In this document: one piece after another, positions 36,860-46,469 of the stretch
Numbering within the stretch: position 1 is the stretch's first letter
Layout: each line of letters opens with the position of its first letter
DNA from: an uncultured Pseudomonadota bacterium
GTDB lineage: Bacteria; Pseudomonadota; Alphaproteobacteria; Rhizobiales; Xanthobacteraceae
Length of the DNA: 64,000 nt
Reading direction: 5' to 3'
Assembly: GCA_963697535.1 (NCBI GenBank)
Contig: OY969085.1
Location: forward strand, 509,180-573,179
Position numbers and translations under genes: made by a program
Notes under the pieces: model-generated
What the model saw: only the letters and a program-made list of their open reading frames with translations
What the model was told of the DNA's origin: nothing
Database searches by the model: none

Positions 36860-37088
36860 CCCGACATGCTTTTTAGCTGGCGCATATCGGGTAAACCCGA
36901 CATGCTTTGTTAGTCGGCGCATATCGGGTAAACCCGACATGCTTTGTTAGTTGGCGCATATCGGGTAAACCCGACATGCTTTTTAGTCGGCGCATATCGG
37001 GTAAACCCGACATGCTTTTTAGCTGGCGCATATCGGGTAAACCCGACATGCTTTTTTAGTTGGCGCATATCGGGTAAACCCGACATGC
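36860..37088. repeat. Tandem array of ~6.3 units of a 36-38 bp repeat, each containing an imperfect palindrome (no spacers)
   Basis: The unit 'cccgacatgc-tttttagctggc-gcatatcggg-taaa' is repeated head-to-tail. Variation is confined to the 12-14 nt loop segment. Confidence 0.9.
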
Positions 37089-37227
37089 GGTGGGGCGGGA
37101 TGAGCAGTCGTTTATCCTAGGTATAACAGCCTATCAAGGATTATTTTCGTGGGGGGCACTATGGGTCTCGCGTTCCGCTCGACCCATCCTACGGGCTATT
37201 TTCAGGAGACCTGGCCGGATTCCGGTC

Positions 37228-37252
37228 GTGAATGTTTGAATCGGACCACTAG
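37228..37252. repeat. Solo terminal fragment of the MITE (hairpin-A end)
   Basis: 'gtgaatgtttgaatcggaccactag' matches the element terminus. No other part of the element is adjacent. Confidence 0.7.
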
Positions 37253-37549
37253 CTCGTGAAGCCGCGATACGTAGCGCACAAATCCCTTTGCGATTGGGCG
37301 CCCAGCACGTATCTTCAGCCCCAAGACGCACATTCGTGCGTCCCGGGGCGTAGAAACCTCCTCACACGTCGGCTGGCATCAGCCGTCAGTGATGCCTCCC
37401 TCGCCGTCTGGCCGGGGAGGCGCTGTCGCATGTCCAGGGCGAAAGCCTAAAGGGCGGCGCGGCCGTACGTGTGCGGCTTTCTAACTCCCCGGTCACCAGT
37501 GCGATTACTGGTGACCGCCTCACCGCAAAGCGCGAGAAAGGGAGACCAA

Positions 37550-37825
37550 ATGCTATCTTGGCGCAAACCGAAGCCGTCGCTGTCGGATGCCATTTTATTG
37601 GTGAACGATGCGAGCGTGGTCGCCTACGACTATCTGTGCGACCGGGAATACATGCCCAGCGAAGAGGAGCTGCATCTGCTCGAGGCGCTTGGCGAAGCCT
37701 TGTTGCGAAATCATGTGATGGTGGAGCAGATCGCCCACAATATGCATCGGCGTGCGCGCGGCGAGCCGGAAGAGGCGGTGACGTTCACCGACCGGGACCT
37801 GTTCGACTTCCACGAGCCGCCATAA
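37550..37825 (+). CDS. Hypothetical small protein (91 aa)
   Basis: The ATG is preceded by GGGAGA (SD). The ORF starts 'MLSWRKPKPSLSDAILLVNDASVVAYDYL...'. Confidence 0.5.
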   Translation: MLSWRKPKPSLSDAILLVNDASVVAYDYLCDREYMPSEEELHLLEALGEALLRNHVMVEQIAHNMHRRARGEPEEAVTFTDRDLFDFHEPP

Positions 37826-38289
37826 CCGTACGAATCGTTGCCTCGCCCGTCGAGGCTCGCGACCGTGGTCGCTCGCACCTTCAGCAATCCGTAATAAGCG
37901 CAGCGGAATGCGGGTTCATTCGCGGCGCGGCCGCTCCCCGGATTTCGGCTCACGCTCCATCGGGGCTACGGACTTTATCCGGGCTTACGGCTTGCAAAAA
38001 CCACAGTCCGCCACCTCGGGGGAAATGACGGACTGTGGTGGCACTTGCTCGGCTAATATGCCGTCTCGTGACAGTGATGTGTTTACCTTACCGTCACGGA
38101 TGCCGGTGTACCAAATGTTACACGGGATGCGTGTTTTTCTCGGGTATCTCTTTTTTGGGCCCCTCGATGGGGCCTATCTCGAGGCTCGGCCCGTTTTTGC
38201 GCTCTTGCCAAATGTGACACGCACGCGATTTCTCCGGCCGAAAAATCCGGCCGAGAAATAGTGAGGACGTCGCCCCTCGATTTGGCAAA

Positions 38290-38790
38290 GCCGTGCGCGA
38301 GCGGGCTCCTTTTCTTTTGCCTCGCCCTGAAAGGGGGAGGTCGCACAATTGTAGCGCAGCGACGATGAGCGGGTGGGGGGTCGACTGTAACTGTCGATAA
38401 ACTCCAAAAGGACCCCCTCCGACTCGGGAAGGACCCCTTCCCCCTTTCAGGGCAGGGCTATCGCATGTGGCCGCCTTCCTTTCACCTCTCCCAATCAAAG
38501 TCGGATATATCCGACTTTGATCACTATTAAATACCGAACTCGGGTAAACCCGAGTTCGGGTGGGAGAGGTCGACCGCCGAAGCGTCAGCGAAGGCGGTCG
38601 GGTGAGGGACTTTTTTTGCAATTCCGAGCCTGCCCCCACCCCAACCCTCCCCCAGCCGAAGTCGGATATATCCGACTTCGGCCATGTTAGGTGCCGAACT
38701 CGGGTAAACCCGAGTTCGGATGGGGGAGGGAGAAGAGGCGCTGTACCACATGCGATTGCCCTGCCTTTCAGGGGGAGGGAATGGAGAGGT
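38290..38790. repeat. Cluster of Rhizobiales-type REP palindromes
   Basis: Two copies each of 'aagtcggatatatccgactt' and 'ccgaactcgggtaaacccgagttcgg', plus 'gccctgaaaggggga' / 'tccccctttcagggc' inverted pairs. The long ORFs here are translated repeats. Confidence 0.8.
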
Positions 38791-38809
38791 TGCGGCGAGA
38801 AGGCCGAAC

Positions 38810-39892
38810 TCACTCCCCCTCGCGCCAGATGCCGAGCGCTTCTTGCGCCGGGCGGTCGGAAATGGAGAACAGCACGGCGTCTTCGCCGCCGATCTCGTGG
38901 TGATAGCGCTTCCATGGCGGCACCACGAACACGTCGTTGACGGCCCATTCGAAGGGCTTGCCATCGATCACGGTTTTGCCCGTGCCTTCCGCCACCGCAA
39001 ATACGGTGCCGTCGGTCGACCGGTAAGGCTCGCCTTTAAAGCCCTTCGGCAGCAACGCCAGATGGGCACCCATGGTCGGCAGCACCGGCCCGCCATTGAT
39101 CGGATTGGCGTAACGCACGCGCGCGCCGTGGCGCTTGTCGATATCGCCGGTCGTTTTCAGACGCTCGAGGATCGGCTTCATCTTCTTGTAGGGATAGTTG
39201 ATGACCGGCGAGCGTTTCATGAACGTGTCGGCAGCCATGCCGTCCGGCAGGACTCCAGTCGCATAACGCTCGAACGAGTCGCCGTCCTCGTGATTGACGT
39301 TCTGCATCTTCTCGTCGAAGTGGTTCGCAAAGGATGCCTGGAAGTGATTGACGGTCGGCATGTCGAGCACATCGAGCCACATCACCGGCTCTTGGCCCGG
39401 ATTGCCGTGATCGTGCGGCGCCCAATTGGCGGTGATGATGAAGTCGCCATGCTCCATGGTCGATTTCTCGCCCTCGACCGCCGTATAGGCGCCCTTGCCT
39501 TTGAGCACGAAACGAATGGCGGAGGCGACGTGCTGATGCGCATCGGCAATTTCGCCCGGCATGATGAGCTGAATACCGGCAAAGAGAGTATTGGTGATGC
39601 GCGACTTACCCGGATCGCCGGGATTCTCCAGGACCAGCACGCGGCGCTCGGCCTCTTCCGCCGTGATCACTTCGCCCGCCTCGAGCATCAGCGTCTCGAC
39701 CTCACGAAACTTCCACAGTGCCGGGACCATCTGCGTTTTCGGCTCGGGCGTCACCAGACCCTTGAGCACCTCCCAGAGCGGGGCGAGGTGATATTCGGAA
39801 ATCTTCTCGTAATAGGCCTGGCGCGCGTTCTGGATATTGTGCTTGGAACCCGGTTGGGTCTGTTCAGTTGCGGTTGAGACCGCCATGGGCAT
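38810..39892 (-). CDS. Gentisate 1,2-dioxygenase (bicupin)
   Basis: 'YYEKISEYHLAPLWEVL' and the cupin His motifs 'AHQHVASAIRFVLKGKGAYTAVEGE' are present. Confidence 0.8.
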   Translation of the reverse strand: MPMAVSTATEQTQPGSKHNIQNARQAYYEKISEYHLAPLWEVLKGLVTPEPKTQMVPALWKFREVETLMLEAGEVITAEEAERRVLVLENPGDPGKSRITNTLFAGIQLIMPGEIADAHQHVASAIRFVLKGKGAYTAVEGEKSTMEHGDFIITANWAPHDHGNPGQEPVMWLDVLDMPTVNHFQASFANHFDEKMQNVNHEDGDSFERYATGVLPDGMAADTFMKRSPVINYPYKKMKPILERLKTTGDIDKRHGARVRYANPINGGPVLPTMGAHLALLPKGFKGEPYRSTDGTVFAVAEGTGKTVIDGKPFEWAVNDVFVVPPWKRYHHEIGGEDAVLFSISDRPAQEALGIWREGE

Positions 39893-39974
39893 GCTCCAAT
39901 CGTTGAATTTGCTGCCTTTATACCGCAAACGAACACATCGGAAAATCCCCTGCGCCGGCGCAATTGAATGAGGT

Positions 39975-40739
39975 TCAATTATTGACCGAACCGCCGTCCA
40001 CCACGAGCGATTGGCCGGTCACGAAGTCGCTGTCGCCGGATGCCAGAAACAGAAGCGCGCCCAGGAGGTCTTCCGGATAGGCGTCTCGCCTGAAGGCGCG
40101 GCTGTTGCGCACCGGAACGCGCGTTTCCTCGACATGGGCCGCGTTTTCCAAACCCGTGTCGCTCAGAATATAGCCGGGCGATAGTGAATTGACGGCAATG
40201 CCGTACTCACCGAGCTCGCGCGAGAGTGCGCGCGTGAAAGCGAGTATCGCCCCTTTCGAGGCGACATAGGGAAGCATCCGGGGAACGCCCTTATAAGCGG
40301 CGCCCGACGCGATGTTGATGATTTTGCCGGAGCGGCGGGCGATCATATGCGGCGCAATGTGCCGCACCATCAGATAAGATCCGCGCACATTGACCGCCAT
40401 GACCCGGTCCCACGTCTCAATATCCCATTCGTTGAAATTCCGGGGCGTGAGCGGGGCGTAAAGCGCGGCATTGTTGACGAGTATGTCGATCTGTCCGAAA
40501 CGATCGATCGCCTGCTTGACCAGCGCTTGCACGGCGCTTTCATCACTCACGTCGCAGGTAAAACTCGCCGCGGCATCCGCGCCGTGGTGCAGAACGATTT
40601 CGGCAACAACATGCCTGCCATCCGCGATATCGGCGACCATGACCCGCGCACCTTCGCCAGCAAGAGCCAGCGAATAGTGCCGTCCGATGCCTTTCGCGCC
40701 GCCGGTGACGATTGCAACCTTGCCCGCAACTCTTCGCAT
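39975..40739 (-). CDS. Short-chain dehydrogenase/reductase (SDR)
   Basis: 'KVAIVTGGAKGIGR', 'NNAA' and 'YVASKGA' (YxxxK) are present. Confidence 0.85.
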   Translation of the reverse strand: MRRVAGKVAIVTGGAKGIGRHYSLALAGEGARVMVADIADGRHVVAEIVLHHGADAAASFTCDVSDESAVQALVKQAIDRFGQIDILVNNAALYAPLTPRNFNEWDIETWDRVMAVNVRGSYLMVRHIAPHMIARRSGKIINIASGAAYKGVPRMLPYVASKGAILAFTRALSRELGEYGIAVNSLSPGYILSDTGLENAAHVEETRVPVRNSRAFRRDAYPEDLLGALLFLASGDSDFVTGQSLVVDGGSVNN

Positions 40740-40799
40740 GCCGACTTCCCTGACTACCGGTCCAGCGCCAGCATATCACGCACACACCCGCTCGGCAGC

Positions 40800-40940
40800 G
40801 GAACCGCGGATTACGCTGATGCTAATCCGCCCCACGGGCTACCAAAGTCGCAGGATTAAGCTTATAGCCCGTAGGGCGCGTTAGCGAACGCTCGAAGGCA
40901 AAACGGCGGATTACGCTGACGCTAATCCGCCCCACGGGCT
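40800..40940. repeat. REP elements (gcggattacgctgaYgctaatccgcc palindrome x2 with a gtagggcgcgttagcgaacgc module)
   Basis: Palindromes at 40806-40831 and 40906-40931. A related composite lies at 41237-41318. Confidence 0.8.
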
Positions 40941-40946
40941 GCGGAG

Positions 40947-41229
40947 TTACGCCGCTTCCAGCCGCGCCAATTCTTCTTCGAATTGAAAGCGCAACTGCGC
41001 GCCCTCTTCTTCCGGCAGCCAATTCGTCACCTGCGGAAAGATGGTGCGATAGAGCGAAGCGGTCGCGGCTTCCAAGGTAATTCTGCGCTGCCCGCGCCTC
41101 GGCGAGAATTTGATGAGGCCGCGACCGCACTTTGGCGGGATCGGGGTGATAGACGGGCGCAGCCGCGGGGCCGAAGAGGTCGCCTTGACCTTCGCTCTCG
41201 AAAAAATCCGGTTCGTCGCTCTGCGTCAT
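40947..41229 (-). pseudogene. Small conserved alphaproteobacterial protein, frameshifted near 41080
   Basis: 'MTQSDEPDFFESEGQGDLFGP...ILAEARAAQ' is in one frame. The convincing C-terminus 'ITLEAATASLYRTIFPQVTNWLPEEEGAQLRFQFEEELARLEAA*' is in the +1 frame and ends at 40947. Confidence 0.55.
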
Positions 41230-41236
41230 GCCGGTT

Positions 41237-41318
41237 AGCCGTAGGGCGCGTTAGCGAACGCGTAACGCGCCGCTCGAAGGCGAAACGGCGGATTGCGCTG
41301 ACGCCAATCCGCCCTACG
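41237..41318. repeat. REP composite (third copy)
   Basis: 'ccgtagggcgcgttagcgaacgc...ggcggattgcgctgacgccaatccgcc' is present. Confidence 0.75.
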
Positions 41319-41367
41319 CGCTTGGCTCATTGGAATCAAGAACATACGACACATCAGCCAGAATGAC

Positions 41368-41553
41368 TTAGCGGCCGTTCGGATGCTCGCGGCGCACCCC
41401 TTTAAAGCTCATACCGTCCTGCTTCACGTCAATGAACCGGCCGGAATTACCCTCACGCTTCACCCATTGTTCCGTCTTTGCGATTGAACGTTGCGAGCGA
41501 TTTCGGACCGCGCCTTGACGATGATTATCACCCTTCGGTGGATTGGTAGCCAT
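41368..41553 (-). CDS. Small basic hypothetical protein (61 aa)
   Basis: 'MATNPPKGDNHRQGAVRNRSQ...' The track start was trimmed to the internal Met. Confidence 0.5.
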   Translation of the reverse strand: MATNPPKGDNHRQGAVRNRSQRSIAKTEQWVKREGNSGRFIDVKQDGMSFKGVRREHPNGR

Positions 41554-41626
41554 GATGTGCCTCTTTTGAGGTGGAGAACATACCATGAACCTTTTACTCT
41601 GAGTGTCAACATTTTTCTTGTTATAT

Positions 41627-44600
41627 TCACAACACTATATCCGCATCTGGATCGCCTGCGGCGAGCGCGTTGATATAAGCAAGGCAAAGATCGCGCGAGA
41701 GATAGCGGCCGTGGGCGGCCATGTCCTCGCGCTCGACGATCGGAAACGTCGAAAAGATATAGTGCGCGGTATCGCGCAAGCTTTCGATTTCGGCTTTTGT
41801 GCTGCTTGGGAAATAAAGCATGAAATAGAGCGCATCGAGCCGCGCGCGGCGGCGCGCGCGCTCGGCTTCGTCCCAGGGAAACGGTTTGCCCGTGTAGCCC
41901 ATGTCGCGCGCGAACGGCTCCATGTCGTGGGCGGTGTAGCTGAGCGCCAGCACGTCAGCTTTGACAATGTCCGCGGCGGATTTTTTGCCGAATTTGCGTG
42001 CGTAGGCGTCGCGCGGGATGACGGGGAGTTGTTCGACGTATGAACCAGTTGAGATGTGTGACCTTGCACTTTTTGACTGAGCAACAAAATCGAATGAAAC
42101 TGGCATTAAAATTGCCTAGCAGCAATGGGACGACATGGTCCTACGCGAAGCCTTTCATCCGGTTTTCGAAAACACAAGGGCAACGAATGTTGCCGGCCGC
42201 CGAAGTCGGAATGAGTGAAGCGATCATCGATCGAACATTCGTCGGTGACGTGACATGTTTAAAGCCAATTGCCCATTCCTGCGACGTACGCGGTCTAGTC
42301 GATGGTTTGCTTGCGACACCCAAAACTGGGGAGTTGGCAGCCAAGTTCGGCATTCTGATGTTCGTCTGGTGTCGATCGCGCTCTTGTTGCGCCGGTCTGT
42401 TTTACATTCTCCAAATTGATAACAACGCTTGCGGCCCGATGATCAAATGCCTGCACCATCTTTCCTTCATAAAGCGGCACAAACTCCTCATCACCGCGCT
42501 TCCAGCGATTGCCGCCGACCGGATAGGCGGTTTTTTCCAGTTCGGCGCGCGTGACGAATAAATGTGAGTCATTCGTCATATCGAACATGCGGACATATTT
42601 AACAGGATAAGCCGCGACCGGCTGTTGGCCGGAGCGATCGACCAGCACGGGCAAACGATCATAGATCGCCTTGGTAATTTCGGCATCGCGGCGGGTGCGG
42701 AAGATCGGCGCCGTGCCGGTGTTCGGGTTAACGCGCTGGAAATCTTTTGCCGCTAAGACAAAACTGCGGTCGGGATCTTCGATTTGGCGCACGTTGCTCA
42801 GAAAAAAAGCGCATTGCGCACCCTCAAAAATGCGATGCTTGCCACCGATGATGGATGCAGAAAATTTGAAGCGTGAATCCACGTCCGGAAAAAATGGATC
42901 GTCATCGGGACGTCTGTTTTCGAAATCAAATAATGCCGCTAATCGGCCCATAGTGGCCACGGATTTGAAAAATTCCGATGATGTCTTGTCGGAGGCAATA
43001 CCTGACGGCGTCACCAGTCCCACCAGTCCATCGGGTTTGATCAGTCGCGTGCTGCGTTCCACGAACAGCGAATAGATGTTGGTGTCGCCGCCCGACAACA
43101 ACGGATAATCGCCCATGCCGCGTGCGACCCGCGCCTGCGCCTCGGCGGCAGCAACGGCCTTTTCGTGCGCGAGCGCCAGCGGATCGTGCTTCTTCTTTAG
43201 TGCATCGACCATTTTCTTGCGATCTGACGCGCGCTGGGCACGCGCGATCTCCGGCTTGCGCGCGGCGAACCACTCGACCTCCTGAAACTTGATGCGGTCC
43301 CACGGCGGATTGCCGATGATCGCGTCGAAACCGCCTTGCGGCTCGCTACTTTCCCAATGGCTCCAGACGCCGGGAAACGCCACCTCCCAATGTAGGAAAC
43401 GCTGTTCGGAAATTTGTTGCCGGCATTGCCCATAGAACTTGGCAAAGTCCGCATCGGTCGCGGGCCGACCGGCGAGAATATTCAGCGGGTCACCAAATTG
43501 GCCGTCGAGAAATCGATTCACGAGCGTCTTGGCCACGCCATTTTTGGGGTCCTGCCAACGCTGCACGTGAATGAAATCGAGCAGCGCGACAATCGGCCGG
43601 ATACCGCTTTCGACGCTCTCAAAATTACTTTCGCTCTCCTTCACCTCCGTGATGTCGGCGTCGGTCAATGCCTCAACTTTCTCCATCCCCGCGCTGACGG
43701 CTTTTGCTTTCTTGACGATGTCGCTAATGAGAATATTGCCGCGCTTCGCCAGCCAGTCGAGCGCACCGCGCACATGCTCGCCAAACAGCGAGTTGCCGCA
43801 GCGCAAATGGTGGTCGAGGAACGACAAGGGCGCGCCGACAGTGAAAGTGTGCAGCCATAGCGAAACCTTGGCGAGTTCGACCGCCATCGAATTCAAATCC
43901 ACGCCATACACACAACGCTTCAAGATCATGCGGCGAATGATGTTGCGCTCGTCGAGTTGGCGTTCGGGTATCGGCCAATTGTGTTCCTTCGCCCTCGCCT
44001 CAATACGTTCGCGGATGACGGCGATGCGCTTGATCAAGGGCAATTCATAAGGCGTCTTTTCCGCCCAATCGGCCATTTCAGCGGCATCGTCGATCGCGGC
44101 GAGAACGCGGTCGGCCAGCCAATCGACCAGGCTGACAAGGAAATGGCCGGAGCCCATCGCCGGATCGCAAATCTTTAATTCGAGAATGCGGCTTGCCGGG
44201 TCGAGCGCCTTCAGTTCATTCAGCCGCTGATTGATCGGTCTACGGCTTGCACGCAACGCGCCCGCTTTGGCGCGGAACTGCTCGATGCGTTCGGTCACCA
44301 GTGGACCCACCGTGCGCTCGATAATCAATCTCACCAATGGCTCAGGGGTATAATAACTGCCGGAGCCTTTGCGCGCGAAAGGATTGAGCCGAATAACTAT
44401 TTCTTTGTCTTCGGCAACAACATCGAATTCGAGCAGCCGCTCATAGATCGAGCCGAGCTGCTGTACCGACAGATCGCGATAGTTGATGTATTTCGGCCGC
44501 GGTTCGGCCTGTTCATGGGACAAAGGATAAATAATATGCGCCAGGATTTTGTCGGGCAGTTTGCACCGCGCCAAAATCGGCGCCTCAGTCGGCTGAAAAA

Positions 44601-45720
44601 GGCCGCCATTGTAAGGCGGAATGCCGAGCGCATCGTCGCCCTCGCCGATCGCGCGAAAAATCGTTTCAAGCCGAGCCCAATAAAGTGTCGCGCGTTCGGA
44701 AAAGTCAGAACGGCCAATAAATTTATTCGCAATTTCGTCGCGCAGACGCGTCAGCGCAAATTCTTTGTAGGCGTCGCGCTCGATAGGGAGCAGATGGCGA
44801 TCTTCCGCGTAGAGCACAAACAACAATCGATAGAGAAAAATCAGCGCGCCTTGCCTCACCTCACTCAAATATTCGGTCGAAAGACCGGCATCCTGGTTCG
44901 GGTCGTGTGCCGCGATTGCTTTCACCAAACCTGGATATAATTCATCGAAAACGATGCGCGACAGATCGGCGGCAACGCCCGCCTCCCAATGCTTGCCCTG
45001 ATCGCGTACCAGCGCATGCAGCGTCTGGCCGTGGTGCGCGGAGAGAAACGCGGCGCACCCAAACAGAAGTACAAAAAGACGAAAGACGTGGTCGGGCGAG
45101 AATGGGGTGTCATCTAACGAACCCTGATAACCGGGCAGACGGAAAACGCCGCCTAGGTCGATTTCCAAATATTCTTCGGCAACGGAGTCGGCACCCTGAA
45201 AATAGAGTCGCCATATCCGGCCATTGGTCAGGATGCCCCAGCGCAGCTTGCCCCGTGTGACAACATCCACACGGCGCAGATAACTGAGAATCTGGTTCGA
45301 TGGTATGCCGGAATCGCCTTGGTCGGTTTTGTCGCCGCGATCGAGAATCCGGTTCCAGCGCTTGGCCTCCATGATGCAAAGGCCATGGCTAAAACGGCTC
45401 GCTCCTTTTTCGGCTGCCGCTTTGTCCTTGCTGTCGCTGTCGCCGAATAGCAGCCCATCGGGGACCTTCTCCCGCCCACCGAACGACAAGTTTTGCTGCG
45501 GTAGACTATTCGTCCAGCCGACCGCTCGCAGGACCGGCCAGATCAGCTCTGTTTCGGTTTCCGCTTCGGAAGGCTTTTTGAGCTTCTCGATGGCCGTCAG
45601 GAACTTTGCGACTTCAGCGTGAAGCGACGCGAGGGCGGAATCATCGAGCGCTTTCCAGGCGTCGGATTCCTTAATGCCTTCGAGCAGGTATTCCCGCGTA
45701 AACAGCCCGCCCCGAAGCAT
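41627..45720 (-). pseudogene. Type IIG/IIL restriction-modification enzyme (N-terminal PD-ExK nuclease + gamma-class N6-adenine methyltransferase + C-terminal specificity region); C-terminal part is broken
   Basis: 'VPDGLLF...CIMEAKRW' (PD..EXK), 'SYYTPEPLV', 'ICDPAMGSGHFLV' (motif I) and 'IIGNPPWDRIKF' (motif IV) are present. Downstream pieces lie in all three frames: 'WLPTPQFWVS', 'QEWAIGFKHVTSPTNVRSMIASLIP' and 'LLLGNFNA/SFDFVAQSK...TFPIVEREDMAAHGRYLSRDL'. There is an in-frame TAG at 42141-42143. Confidence 0.8.
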
Positions 45721-45822
45721 AGCTCCCCAATTACAATTCTAATGTACCCTCGATCACCGGTACTCGAATCATCGATTTCATACAACCGGCAGACTGCGGG
45801 ACCGTCCAGCGACGGAAACCTA

Positions 45823-46389
45823 TTACCCCCTCACCCGCCGGATAAACTTCGCAAAACCGGCAAGCTGCTGTTTGACGATATCCTTGGTCGGCTGATCTTT
45901 CAGCTCCAGCGTTTCCTTGTCGAATTTGTTCTGCGCGCTGCCGACAAATATTTCCGGCGTGCCGAAAACAAATGAATTGAGATAGGTCAACGCCATGCGC
46001 AGATGATATTGCATGCGCGCACCGCCGAGTGGCCCCTGGCTCGCGGATTGGATGGCGACCGGCTTGTCCTTGAACGGCTGGTCTTTCATGCGCGAGACCC
46101 AATCAAGCGCATTTTTGAGCGCGCCGGGAATCGACCAATTATATTCGGGTGTTACAATCAATACGCCATCCGCCTCGCGCACGGCGGCGGCGAAATTCTC
46201 GACCTCTTCGGGAAATCCCGACGCCTCTTGAATATCGGCATTGTAGAGCGGGAATGTTTCGAACGGCGGCGCCGGCTTCAATGTGATTTCCGGCGGTGCG
46301 AGCGCCGGCAGCGCCCGCGCTAGCGCCGCGTTATATGAGGCTTTGCGCAACGAGCCGCAAATCACGACCACATTAAGCTGATCGGCCAT
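45823..46389 (-). CDS. NADPH-dependent FMN reductase family protein
   Basis: 'LNVVVICGSLRKASYNAALARAL' and 'LIVTPEYNWSIPGALKNALDWVS' are present. Confidence 0.8.
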   Translation of the reverse strand: MADQLNVVVICGSLRKASYNAALARALPALAPPEITLKPAPPFETFPLYNADIQEASGFPEEVENFAAAVREADGVLIVTPEYNWSIPGALKNALDWVSRMKDQPFKDKPVAIQSASQGPLGGARMQYHLRMALTYLNSFVFGTPEIFVGSAQNKFDKETLELKDQPTKDIVKQQLAGFAKFIRRVRG

Positions 46390-46469
46390 ATCGTCCCCCT
46401 CAAACTGCATCCGGTGACCGCTCCGCGGCCGCACAACCCGCGATGCGCTGTCCGCCAAAACTTATCACA

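Noticed and set aside
36860-37088. A regular ~37-bp repeat array that might be a CRISPR.
   Set aside because: The units are directly contiguous with no unique spacers. Only 12-14 nt inside each unit vary, and no cas genes or leader are nearby. It is reported as a tandem hairpin repeat instead.
38118-38964. Long ORFs (276 aa, 145 aa and others) spanning 38.1-39.0 kb.
   Set aside because: They are translations of REP palindromes (the peptide strings repeat with the DNA repeats). No start or SD context supports them.
38720-39877. A 385-aa plus-strand ORF.
   Set aside because: It is antisense to the gentisate 1,2-dioxygenase gene, which has clear cupin motifs.
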